In this document: positions 11,906-20,957 of the stretch, in pieces
Position numbering within the stretch: the first letter of the stretch is position 1
How the letters are laid out: every line of letters begins with the position of its first letter
Source: Candidatus Cloacimonadota bacterium
GTDB lineage: Bacteria; Cloacimonadota; Cloacimonadia; G963667145
DNA: 64,000 nt
NCBI GenBank assembly: GCA_963667255.1
Contig: OY762940.1
Location: 768,001-832,000 of the forward strand
Direction: 5' to 3'
Program-made: the position numbers and the translations under genes
The notes under the pieces: model-generated
What the model was told of the DNA's origin: nothing
Databases searched by the model: none
The model's input: only the letters and a program-made list of their open reading frames with translations

Positions 11906-12768
11906 GCGAATACAAAAGCGGGTTTGTGGCGATAGTTGGTAAGCCAAATGTCGGGAAATCTACTCTAATGAATAAAATATTGGGGTCGAAGATTTCCATA
12001 ACCTCGGCAAAGCCACAGACCACGAGGCAGAGCGTGAAAGGCGTTTACAGCGATAACTCAACTCAGATAGTTTTCTTGGACACTCCGGGGTTTGTAGAGC
12101 CTCGCTATGAGTTGCACAACAAGCTGCTGGAATACATCGATTCGGGAATGAAAAGAGCTGATATGATAGCTTTCGTCTCTTGTTTTGCGGGATTTCCATC
12201 GGAGTTTGATAAATTGGTGATGTCGTCGATAGCGAAGTTCAATGTTCCCAAAATATTGCTGTTTAACAAAAGCGACTTGCATCAGGGGAATATCGCCGAT
12301 TTGGAATTGCCGAACGGATTGTTTGACGAGATAAAATTTGTCAGTGCCCTGAAGGACGATAGGGAAGATTTGGTAAATTTGTTTAGAAAATATTTGCCTC
12401 ACTCCGTGCAGCTTTATGACCCGCAATATTTGACCGATATGCCTATGAGATTTATAGTTGCGGAGTTTATTAGGGAGCAGATTTTCAGAAATTATGGAGC
12501 GGAACTGCCTTATTCTGTGGCGGTGACCATCGAGAACTATTTGGAGTATGAGAAGAAGGTGGAGATTTTTGTCAATATTTGGGTCGAGCGGAGGTCGCAA
12601 AAGATAATCATTATTGGTTCTGGAGGCAGTGGTTTAGCCAAGATTAGACAGGAGGCTCAAAAAGAGATTTATCGTCTGGATGGCAGAAGAGTGAAGTTGA
12701 ATTTGTGGGTAAAAATTAAGCCAGATTGGAAGAAAAAGAAAAATGCTTTGTCCGAGTTTGGATACTAA
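11902..12768 (+). CDS. era: GTPase Era
   Basis: GKPNVGKSTL, PQTTR, DTPG, NKSD and a KH domain. Confidence 0.97.
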   Translation: MSEYKSGFVAIVGKPNVGKSTLMNKILGSKISITSAKPQTTRQSVKGVYSDNSTQIVFLDTPGFVEPRYELHNKLLEYIDSGMKRADMIAFVSCFAGFPSEFDKLVMSSIAKFNVPKILLFNKSDLHQGNIADLELPNGLFDEIKFVSALKDDREDLVNLFRKYLPHSVQLYDPQYLTDMPMRFIVAEFIREQIFRNYGAELPYSVAVTIENYLEYEKKVEIFVNIWVERRSQKIIIIGSGGSGLAKIRQEAQKEIYRLDGRRVKLNLWVKIKPDWKKKKNALSEFGY

Positions 12769-12912
12769 CTGGAAAAATTCAAAAAAACTCTTGACTAACT
12801 ACCTTTGGACAGGAGATTTATTTTATCATATTCTATTTTGGGAATTTATGAAGTTTTTTTAGATTTTAACAAAAATTAAAATATACTGTAATTTATTGAA
12901 TTATAAGGAGAA

Positions 12913-13152
12913 ATGATGTCAAAAAATAATAGAGGAACAGGGCTTAGAGAGTTACCGAAAAGAGGAAGAGGAGAGTGTCCTTTGTGTGGGAGAACTGCGA
13001 TTAAGCTTGTGTATGAAGTGAAAAAAGGTGATGAGACTTTGAAGGTTTGCAAAAACTGTCGTCACAAAAAATTTGTAGAGCCTAAAAAAGAGGAAAAAGC
13101 GGTTGAGCCGAAAGTAAAAGCGGAAGCTGATACCGAAGCTACAGAAGCTTAA
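12913..13152 (+). CDS. Small basic Zn-ribbon protein (candidate ribosomal protein)
   Basis: AAGGAG RBS, CPLC..CKNC, Arg/Gly/Lys-rich N-terminus and an acidic tail. Confidence 0.75.
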   Translation: MMSKNNRGTGLRELPKRGRGECPLCGRTAIKLVYEVKKGDETLKVCKNCRHKKFVEPKKEEKAVEPKVKAEADTEATEA

Positions 13153-13168
13153 ATAGTTTTGGGAGTGT

Positions 13169-15067
13169 GTGAAAATGCTGATAACTTTTCCCGATGGAAA
13201 CAAAAGGGAGTATGAAAAAGATACTTCCGCTTTGCAGATAGCCGAATCGATTTCTTCGGGTTTGGCTCGGACAGTCGTGGCTGCCAAAGTAAATGGCAAG
13301 ATTTTGGATGTTCGAGAGCCTTTGAACGAGGATTGTAATTTGGAACTTATCAAATTTGAATCCAAAGAGGGCAAAGATGTTTATTGGCATTCTACCGCAC
13401 ACTTATTGGCTCAAGCTGTTCAGGAGCTTTATCCTGAAGTCAAGGTGGCTATTGGTCCGTCCATAGAGGACGGCTTTTACTACGATTTTGATAGAGAAAC
13501 CGCTTTTACCGATGAGGAGCTGGAAGAGATAACTCAGAAGATGAAGGAATTGGCGAAGAATAAGTTTGTTTATGAGCGAAGAGTTGTTTCCCGAGACGAA
13601 GCTCTGTCTTTTTTTCAAAAGAAAAACGAAGATTACAAGGTGGAACTTTTGGAAGCGATAGGCGACGACCAAGTCATTTCTATGTACACACAGGGCGGTT
13701 TTACTGACTTGTGTCGCGGACCGCATCTTCCTGACACGGGTATGATTAAGGCGATTAAGTTGCTCAAAACTTCTGGAGCGTATTGGCGTGGCGATGAAAA
13801 GAACAAGATGCTCAAGCGGATTTATGGTATCAGTTTCCCATCCACCAAAGAGTTGAGCCAATATTTGGCGAACTTGGAAGAGGCAAAAAAAAGAGACCAT
13901 CGCATTTTGGGCAAAGATTTGGATTTGTTTTCATTTTCCAGCAAAATCGGTGCAGGACTTGTTCTTTGGCATCCAAAAGGTGCATTAATTCGCCACTTGA
14001 TTGAGAGTTTTTGGAAAGTGCAACACCTCAAAAACGGCTACAATTTGGTCAACACGCCCCATATGGGCAAGGCTGAACTTTGGGAAACTTCCGGTCATTT
14101 GGGATTTTACAACGAGAGTATGTATGCCCCGATGTCTATTGACGAGCAAGATTATTACATCAAGCCGATGAATTGTCCGTTCCAAATCGAGATTTATAAC
14201 GATAGCAAGAAAAGTTATCGGCAATTGCCTGTTCGCTATGCGGAGATGGGAACGGTGTATCGCTACGAGAGAGCTGGCACTCTGCACGGACTTATGCGGG
14301 TTCGTGGCTTTACCCAAGACGATGCACACATTATTTGCACCAAAGAGCAGATGTCTGCCGAAGTGAAGCGAACGGTTGAGTTTTCCATTTTTATGCTCAA
14401 GTCTTTCGGTTTTGAAGATTTTGAAATCTATCTGTCCACCAAGCCTACCGAAAAATTTGTGGGAGACGCTGAAGATTGGACAAAGGCGGAAACCGCTTTG
14501 CAAGATGCTTTGGAAGAGCTAAATATTGAGTTCCAAGTTGACGAAGGTGGCGGAGCTTTTTACGGACCGAAAATTGACATCAAAATCAAGGATGCTCTAG
14601 GCAGAGCTTGGCAATGCAGCACTATTCAATTCGACTTTAATCTTCCGACTAGATTTAATATGGAGTATGTTGGTGCGGACAACTCAACACATCGTCCGTA
14701 TATGATACACAGGGCTTTGCTTGGTTCTTTGGAAAGATTTTTTGCTACGCTGTTGGAATTTCATGGTGGCAATTTACCGATGTGGCTGGCTCCCGAGCAG
14801 GTGAGGATTCTTCCTGTTTCCGATTTGTATATCGATTATTCTCAAAAGGTTTGTGACGAGTTGACCAAACAAGGTTTTAGGGTTAGCATTAGCAACGAAG
14901 ACCAAGGTGTGAGCTATAAGATTAGAGCTGCGGAAAAGCAAAAAATCCCTTATATGTTGATTTGTGGAGAGAAGGAAGAGAAGTCGGGAACGGTTTCTAT
15001 CCGTCAACACACTAAGGGAGATATAGGTAGTTTTAAATTAAACGAATTGAGTGATATTTTAAAATAA
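13169..15067 (+). CDS. thrS: Threonine--tRNA ligase (start may be ATG 13175)
   Basis: TGS domain, HSTAH, DLCRGPH, KPMNCP, RGFTQDDAH and GAFYGPKID. Confidence 0.98.
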   Translation: MKMLITFPDGNKREYEKDTSALQIAESISSGLARTVVAAKVNGKILDVREPLNEDCNLELIKFESKEGKDVYWHSTAHLLAQAVQELYPEVKVAIGPSIEDGFYYDFDRETAFTDEELEEITQKMKELAKNKFVYERRVVSRDEALSFFQKKNEDYKVELLEAIGDDQVISMYTQGGFTDLCRGPHLPDTGMIKAIKLLKTSGAYWRGDEKNKMLKRIYGISFPSTKELSQYLANLEEAKKRDHRILGKDLDLFSFSSKIGAGLVLWHPKGALIRHLIESFWKVQHLKNGYNLVNTPHMGKAELWETSGHLGFYNESMYAPMSIDEQDYYIKPMNCPFQIEIYNDSKKSYRQLPVRYAEMGTVYRYERAGTLHGLMRVRGFTQDDAHIICTKEQMSAEVKRTVEFSIFMLKSFGFEDFEIYLSTKPTEKFVGDAEDWTKAETALQDALEELNIEFQVDEGGGAFYGPKIDIKIKDALGRAWQCSTIQFDFNLPTRFNMEYVGADNSTHRPYMIHRALLGSLERFFATLLEFHGGNLPMWLAPEQVRILPVSDLYIDYSQKVCDELTKQGFRVSISNEDQGVSYKIRAAEKQKIPYMLICGEKEEKSGTVSIRQHTKGDIGSFKLNELSDILK

Positions 15068-15068
15068 G

Positions 15069-16334
15069 ATGAGACTCGGTTTTTGTCTGTTGTTTGTGGG
15101 GATTTTTTTATCCTCTGTCGTAATGGCACAGGAGCAGATAAATAAAGAAGAACTTTTGGAGATTGTAGAGCAGGTGAATTGGAAAGGGAACTCGAATAGA
15201 GATAATGTGCAGGGTGCTAATCCTTTTGACCCTATGCAAGTTATGTATCCCTTAGATTCGCAAAATCTTATTAAAGAGAAGAAAAAGGAGGAACGGCTGA
15301 ATATCGTAAATACTTACGAAAGCGGAGTTCCCGCTGATTTTTCTTTTGACAATCCGGCTTCTGTAATAGACAGTTTGCACAAGGGTTACGATTTTTTGTG
15401 GGGGGATTTGATTTACAAATCTCGTGATGGGAACAGTAGCGACAAAAATTTTGAGTTTTTCTACAAACAGGGAATTATTAAATATTCCAAAAAATCTTGG
15501 GAAATTAGTTCTCAAGTGATTTTTGACAATCGGGTTTCCAACTTTGATGAGAAATTATACGATTTTGTGAATTCTAGAAATTCGAGTGAAAAGGAAATTA
15601 ATAACTCTAACTTTGGAATTGGGAGCAAAAATTTTTCTTATAACAAGACGAGTTTTTCCTACGCTTTTTTGTCCAAGATGAGGGAATATCCTGTGAAATT
15701 TGGGTTGAAGGTTAATTTGCTGACTCCGATTTCTTGTATGGTAGCTGACAAAAAAAACGAAACTTTGGGGACAGCAGATTATTATATAGCTAATATTTTT
15801 AGTGATTTTCAGCCGAGTTTCGGACTGGGATTTGGATTTGGTGCACAAGTGTCCGAATTGCCGGGGAAATGGATTTTTGAAAATGGCAGATTTGATTTGA
15901 GTGTTGACGATTTGAATAGCAAAATAGAGTATAAATCTCCGCAGAAGTCTATGCTTTATTGTAACGATTCTTTGAAAAAAGTTTATGTTGTTGAAGTGGA
16001 TAACGACGGCAAAACGATAGAGTATGATTTGGAGCCAACTTGCAAAGCGATGGTCGCTTATGCGATGCCTTCGTTGGGCAGAATGAGTGCCGCCATTAAG
16101 TTTGTGGAAGACGAGACAGCTTTTGATGAAGGCGTTTCGCTTGGTTACGATTATGGCTTGAATGGGAACAAAGATATAGCTGTATGGTTGGGTAAAGGTG
16201 AGGACTATTTTGCTTATGGTTCGTATTCCATATTGGGCAGAAGATTTATAAAGGCTCAAGGTGGAGTTTATTGGGATGGTGACGGTTTTGACGGGTTTCA
16301 GTTGAGTTTGCAATTTTTTAGATTTTTGGACTGA
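15069..16334 (+). CDS. Secreted putative outer-membrane beta-barrel protein (paralog 1)
   Basis: Signal peptide, amphipathic aromatic/Gly strands, GLGFGFG and LSVDDL motifs shared with 18451 and 23164. Confidence 0.7.
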   Translation: MRLGFCLLFVGIFLSSVVMAQEQINKEELLEIVEQVNWKGNSNRDNVQGANPFDPMQVMYPLDSQNLIKEKKKEERLNIVNTYESGVPADFSFDNPASVIDSLHKGYDFLWGDLIYKSRDGNSSDKNFEFFYKQGIIKYSKKSWEISSQVIFDNRVSNFDEKLYDFVNSRNSSEKEINNSNFGIGSKNFSYNKTSFSYAFLSKMREYPVKFGLKVNLLTPISCMVADKKNETLGTADYYIANIFSDFQPSFGLGFGFGAQVSELPGKWIFENGRFDLSVDDLNSKIEYKSPQKSMLYCNDSLKKVYVVEVDNDGKTIEYDLEPTCKAMVAYAMPSLGRMSAAIKFVEDETAFDEGVSLGYDYGLNGNKDIAVWLGKGEDYFAYGSYSILGRRFIKAQGGVYWDGDGFDGFQLSLQFFRFLD

Positions 16335-16352
16335 TACAAAAAGGGGAAAATT

Positions 16353-18458
16353 ATGAGAAGAGAGAATAAGGCGAACGAGATGTTGAAATTTTGCAAGTAT
16401 TTTTTAGCGAGTATTGCAAAATGGAAATGCCTTCTTCTGCCTTTATTACTTCTCTTGGGTTGTGAAGCGTATAAGATGCCGACCGACCTCGGTATGCCTA
16501 CATGGACAACCTCTTTGTATCTCAAAATAGCAGATAAATGTTACGATATTGCCAAAGAGATTTCTGGTAAAGATTCCATTTTTGTTTTGGAAGAGGGCAA
16601 GGTTACGCTTAAAAAAAACTTGGATGCCAAAGAAATTGCTTTCAACTCTCCTAAAATTGAACAGACGAATAGTTCTAAACAAGAGATAGGGTATTTTTCT
16701 GTAAGTAATTTGGGGAACTGCAATATAGGTTTCGCATCTTCTATTGTATTAGAGAGTGGGGAAACTAGATCCTTACCTCAGAGTATTCAGCTCAATTTAA
16801 ATACGACGGGGTTTACAAAGGCGGAGTTAGCAGATGCTGTTGTTTCACTACAGTGCAAAAATTCTTCTGGAGAAGTTGTTTCTGGTATTGATTATAGAGA
16901 TCTTAAGCTGAATGTGTGCGATTGGGACGGAAATAGTAAAAGTTTAAATTTTATCCTTGAAGGCAAGGTAAGTGCTTCTGTATCAGATACAACAACTTGG
17001 TTTACCCTTAAGAGTAGTGGAGCTTCTTTGAGTGGAAATTTTGTTGCAACAGCCAATGTAACATTTGATACTCTTGTTTTAAAAATAATCCCAAATAGTA
17101 AGAATTGCATTTTGGCCTCTAAGGTGGAATTACCTGCCAATAGCAATAGCTTTTCTGGGAGCAAATTTTCTGGCAATGTTAAGGTTGGCTTGGGAGAAGA
17201 TTACGAGCTTTATCAGGCGGAGATTGCCACCGGCAAACTTATATTTTCTAAAAAAAATGATATTTCCGGAATAGATTTGACCAAAATAGTTATCTCATGT
17301 AACGGATTGATAAAGGGCAACGACACTCTTAGTGATTCCGTTTTTTATAGTTCCAATCCGACTGACTCTATAATAGACTTGGATGGATATCTTTTGGGAA
17401 CTGGGGAGAAACTTGATAGTTTGGAGTTTACTTATGAAATTGGTTATGCTGCCAAATCTAGCTCAGAAATTTCTGTTAAAAATACTGATGCCGTTGAGAT
17501 TGGTGCAAAAATTCAGGCTTCGTTCGCATGGGTAAAGGCTAAGGTAAAGAATGCTTCGGCTTTTGCAATGGACAGCACTAACGAGAAAATTGATTTTGGA
17601 GATGACTTGCCTGCGTTCAAAACTGCAAAAGGTGCTGATACTACCTTGTCTTTAGCGAAAAATACAAAACTTACTTTGGGTATTTCTTTGCCTGCTACGG
17701 TGGAAAGTGGTGATGCTAATCTGATGCAATGCAATTTGACTTTGATTGCTTATAAGGGCGGAGTAGCTAAAGAGACTATAGATACAACTAAAGATATTTC
17801 TGTGGGAACTACCAAGGGCTCTGAAAGCACTATTGTTGTTGATTTGCTGGAGGAGTTGATTAATTGTTCTCCTGATTCTATCACTGTTAAGATTGTTCCC
17901 AAGATTGCTACTAATAATGGAGGAATTTTCAAATTTTATTGTGGCGACTCTATAAAAACCAATATAAAACTCACAAGTAACCTTATTTTTGGAGAAGTGT
18001 CGCAAATTGTATATTATCAAGTAGAAGATAATCCTCAAGAGCAAGATTGTCCTTTGACTAAAGCACAGGCTGAGTCGGCTAAGGAGATAGTTGCTTACTT
18101 AGAATATAAGAATAACACAAATACTTCGCTTGGAGCGGAACTGCTAATCAGTAAAGATTCTGCATATTTAAGGCAAAATATTTACACCAATATTAGTGAT
18201 GAGAAGCTACGAAGAATTGATTTAAAAGATTTGGAATATAACGAAACCGACACTTCTCAAATCAAGCCCAGTGAAATTTCTATGGATACTCAGGATTTGT
18301 TGGTGCTTGCGGGTAAGGATAAGGAGAAAGTTTACACTTTCCTCAAAGTAAAAGTGATAGGAACAGGAAAGGAATTAAAAGGCAAATTTGATGTGAAAGT
18401 CTATGTGGGGATGAAAGTTACGGTAGATGAAAAATTGACGGAGGGTAACAATGATTAA
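16353..18458 (+). CDS. Large beta-rich lipoprotein (paralog A)
   Basis: Lipobox LLGC followed by DLGMPTWTTSLYLKIAD. S/T/N-rich and homologous to 20954. Confidence 0.75.
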   Translation: MRRENKANEMLKFCKYFLASIAKWKCLLLPLLLLLGCEAYKMPTDLGMPTWTTSLYLKIADKCYDIAKEISGKDSIFVLEEGKVTLKKNLDAKEIAFNSPKIEQTNSSKQEIGYFSVSNLGNCNIGFASSIVLESGETRSLPQSIQLNLNTTGFTKAELADAVVSLQCKNSSGEVVSGIDYRDLKLNVCDWDGNSKSLNFILEGKVSASVSDTTTWFTLKSSGASLSGNFVATANVTFDTLVLKIIPNSKNCILASKVELPANSNSFSGSKFSGNVKVGLGEDYELYQAEIATGKLIFSKKNDISGIDLTKIVISCNGLIKGNDTLSDSVFYSSNPTDSIIDLDGYLLGTGEKLDSLEFTYEIGYAAKSSSEISVKNTDAVEIGAKIQASFAWVKAKVKNASAFAMDSTNEKIDFGDDLPAFKTAKGADTTLSLAKNTKLTLGISLPATVESGDANLMQCNLTLIAYKGGVAKETIDTTKDISVGTTKGSESTIVVDLLEELINCSPDSITVKIVPKIATNNGGIFKFYCGDSIKTNIKLTSNLIFGEVSQIVYYQVEDNPQEQDCPLTKAQAESAKEIVAYLEYKNNTNTSLGAELLISKDSAYLRQNIYTNISDEKLRRIDLKDLEYNETDTSQIKPSEISMDTQDLLVLAGKDKEKVYTFLKVKVIGTGKELKGKFDVKVYVGMKVTVDEKLTEGNND

Positions 18459-20007
18459 GAAAATTTTATTTTTGCTTTTGCTTGCTCCTTCAATTTTGTT
18501 TGCTGTGGATGATTTGCCATTATTGGATTTTGCTGAGGCGGAAAACACTGTAGAACCTAAAGCCATTGAGCAACCTCTTGAGAATGAGGTAGAACCGTTG
18601 CCCTTGCTTGATTTTCCTGAAGATAAGAATGACACGGCAGAGCAGTCTGATGAGCAAAATTCAAAGGAGTTAGATTCTTTGCCATTATTGGACTTTGTTG
18701 AACCTCCAGATTCCGTTACTCTTGATACGATTGAGGACTTCCCACTTTTAGTTTTTGATACGATAGCAGATTCTGTTGATAATGAGAGATTTCTCAAAAA
18801 AGTGGAGGATTTCAAAAACGACCCGTCTGCTTCGTCTGAGCAGAAGACAAGATTGCTGGAGTATAAAGCCTACGGTTCTTTCAACGAGAACCCCGCAACT
18901 ATTGCTTGTAGGGATATTTTCTATTTGGACATACCGATAGGATTTGCGATTTCTTTCAGAAATTCCAACCTCAGTTGGAACGAATTTGTAACGATGTTCC
19001 AAAAAAATACCGTTCTCTCTGCATCTGATAAAGGGAAGATTTACGGAGATGATTGGGATGTTTCCTTGGGAATGACCAAGTCTGTGTTCGGGATTGGCTA
19101 CGACAATTACCAGTTTGCTTCCAATATCTTCCTCAATGCCAAGATTAAGAATTTGGGAACTCAGTGGCTCAAGTTTGTTTTGGAAGGTAATAGCAAAGAC
19201 AAAATGGTAATTGAGGGGAGTTCCGGAGAGGGTTCGGAAGTAATCGGTTATGTGAAAAATTCTCTATCCTATTCTATCCCTTCTGCGTTCACTTTCTTTG
19301 AAAGAGATTTTTATTTTGGTTTGAATTTGAATATCTATAATGCGGTTGGATATGCTAAAGTGGAAAATTCAAAGCAGACGGCGGATTTGGAAAATGGCAC
19401 GGCAGTTGTGTCATACGATTACCTATATTCCAAATTTAATGATTTCAAAGTGAACAGCTCTATGGGGTTTGGATTTGGTGTTGTTGTGGATGCGTTGCCC
19501 GATATATATTTCCTCAGAGAAGGACACGCTTACCTCAGTGTTGATGACCTTTTTGCCAAGTTGAAATTTTCCGATTTGGAGAAAACCTCTTACAGCAAAA
19601 AGATTACTTATTCTTATAGTGATAGTAAAAGTAATGACACTGTGACGACTGACACAACTTATGCTTTGGATAATTATACCGTAAAATTAGACCCCGAATA
19701 CAGTATCGGTGTGAGTTACAGCCTTTTTGATGAGACTAAGTTCGGGTCAATGCGTTTTGTGACCAAATATCGCAAAGCTGAGTTTGCTTACGACAGAGGG
19801 TTTAGTCTTGGATTTGATTATTATCCGTTCAAATACTTACCGTTCAACTTCAGATACGGGATAGATAGCGACTCATATTTTTCCTTCGTAATTGGCTTGG
19901 ATTGGTATATGGATTTTGCTCTTCGCTTTGTCAATTACGGGCATACATTCGGTGGTGGAGCCAAAGGTTTCACTATTGGACTGGATTTGTTGAGGATAAA
20001 ATTTTGA
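18451..20007 (+). CDS. Putative outer-membrane beta-barrel (paralog 2) with acidic N-terminal repeats
   Basis: Signal peptide, four LPLLDF-like repeats, SMGFGFG, LSVDDL and terminal Phe (LLRIKF). Confidence 0.72.
   Translation: MIKKILFLLLLAPSILFAVDDLPLLDFAEAENTVEPKAIEQPLENEVEPLPLLDFPEDKNDTAEQSDEQNSKELDSLPLLDFVEPPDSVTLDTIEDFPLLVFDTIADSVDNERFLKKVEDFKNDPSASSEQKTRLLEYKAYGSFNENPATIACRDIFYLDIPIGFAISFRNSNLSWNEFVTMFQKNTVLSASDKGKIYGDDWDVSLGMTKSVFGIGYDNYQFASNIFLNAKIKNLGTQWLKFVLEGNSKDKMVIEGSSGEGSEVIGYVKNSLSYSIPSAFTFFERDFYFGLNLNIYNAVGYAKVENSKQTADLENGTAVVSYDYLYSKFNDFKVNSSMGFGFGVVVDALPDIYFLREGHAYLSVDDLFAKLKFSDLEKTSYSKKITYSYSDSKSNDTVTTDTTYALDNYTVKLDPEYSIGVSYSLFDETKFGSMRFVTKYRKAEFAYDRGFSLGFDYYPFKYLPFNFRYGIDSDSYFSFVIGLDWYMDFALRFVNYGHTFGGGAKGFTIGLDLLRIKF
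18508..18760 (+). repeat. Four imperfect coding repeats (LPLLDF/FPLLVF) separated by acidic linkers
   Basis: DDLPLLDFAE, EPLPLLDFPE, DSLPLLDFVE and EDFPLLVFD in the translation. Confidence 0.8.
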
Positions 20008-20957
20008 AAGATTTTATTAAGCAAGAGCTAAAAAAAGAGGCTGATTCCATTTTGCAAGTTGCAGAGCGGATAGATGACAAAATCGAAAAAGTTATTGATG
20101 TTTTGTTCGCTTGCAAAGGGAAAGTCGTTTTGGTGGGAATAGGCAAGACTGGACACATCGCACGCAAGATTTCCGCTACTTTTGCCTCAACCGGCACTTC
20201 TTCCGTGTTTTTGCATGCAGCCGAGGGGTTGCACGGAGATTTGGGGATTGTGGACAAAAAAGATGTTGTAATTGCCATCTCTTACAGCGGGGGAAGTAGC
20301 GAGCTTTTGTCTGTGTTGCCGTATTTTAAGTTTATGGGTGTGCCGATTATCGCTTTTACGGGGAAACTGGATTCCGCCTTGGCAAAGGCGGCCGATTTTG
20401 TGGTTGATTGCGGAGTTGATGAGAGCACCGAGCAATTTGGGTTAGTCCCGACTGCTAGCACTACAGTTTGTTTGGCGATGGGCGATGCCATAGCTGTGGC
20501 TTTGCTCAAGAGGAAAAATTTTTCTGTGGATGATTTTGCCAAGTTTCACCCGGGAGGAACCATTGGAAAGAGGATTTTCCTCAAAGTGGAAGACTTGATG
20601 TGCAAAAATTCTCCAGTAGTTAGAGTTGGCACGGATTTGCAAGAGGCTGTTTTGACAATGAGTTCTGGCAAACTTGGATGTGTAGTTGTATTGGATAGCG
20701 ACGAAAATTTGGCAGGCATCTTTACGGATGGAGATTTGCGACGAGAATTACAGAGAAGAGATTTTAAGGATTGTTATCATCTAAAAATAGAAGACTTAAT
20801 GACCAGTGATTTCAGGAAATGCGAGCCGAATTGGTTGGCGGTGGATGCTTTGAGGCTGATGGAAAACAGCAAAATAATGATGTTACCCGTGGTGACAGGC
20901 GGAAAATTAAGAGGGATTTTGCATATGCACGCCCTTTTGGAGGCAGGAGTAGTATGA
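20004..20957 (+). CDS. kdsD: Arabinose-5-phosphate isomerase (KpsF/GutQ family, SIS + CBS)
   Basis: GIGKTGHIA, AEGLHGDLG, PTASTT, FHPGG and a CBS pair. TTG start at 20004 overlaps the upstream stop. Confidence 0.93.
   Translation: MKDFIKQELKKEADSILQVAERIDDKIEKVIDVLFACKGKVVLVGIGKTGHIARKISATFASTGTSSVFLHAAEGLHGDLGIVDKKDVVIAISYSGGSSELLSVLPYFKFMGVPIIAFTGKLDSALAKAADFVVDCGVDESTEQFGLVPTASTTVCLAMGDAIAVALLKRKNFSVDDFAKFHPGGTIGKRIFLKVEDLMCKNSPVVRVGTDLQEAVLTMSSGKLGCVVVLDSDENLAGIFTDGDLRRELQRRDFKDCYHLKIEDLMTSDFRKCEPNWLAVDALRLMENSKIMMLPVVTGGKLRGILHMHALLEAGVV

Noticed and set aside
19902..20953. Longer ORF-track starts for kdsD (19902) and lipoprotein B (20819)
   Set aside because: They overlap upstream genes. 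RBS-backed, stop-coupled starts at 20004 and 20954 fit better.
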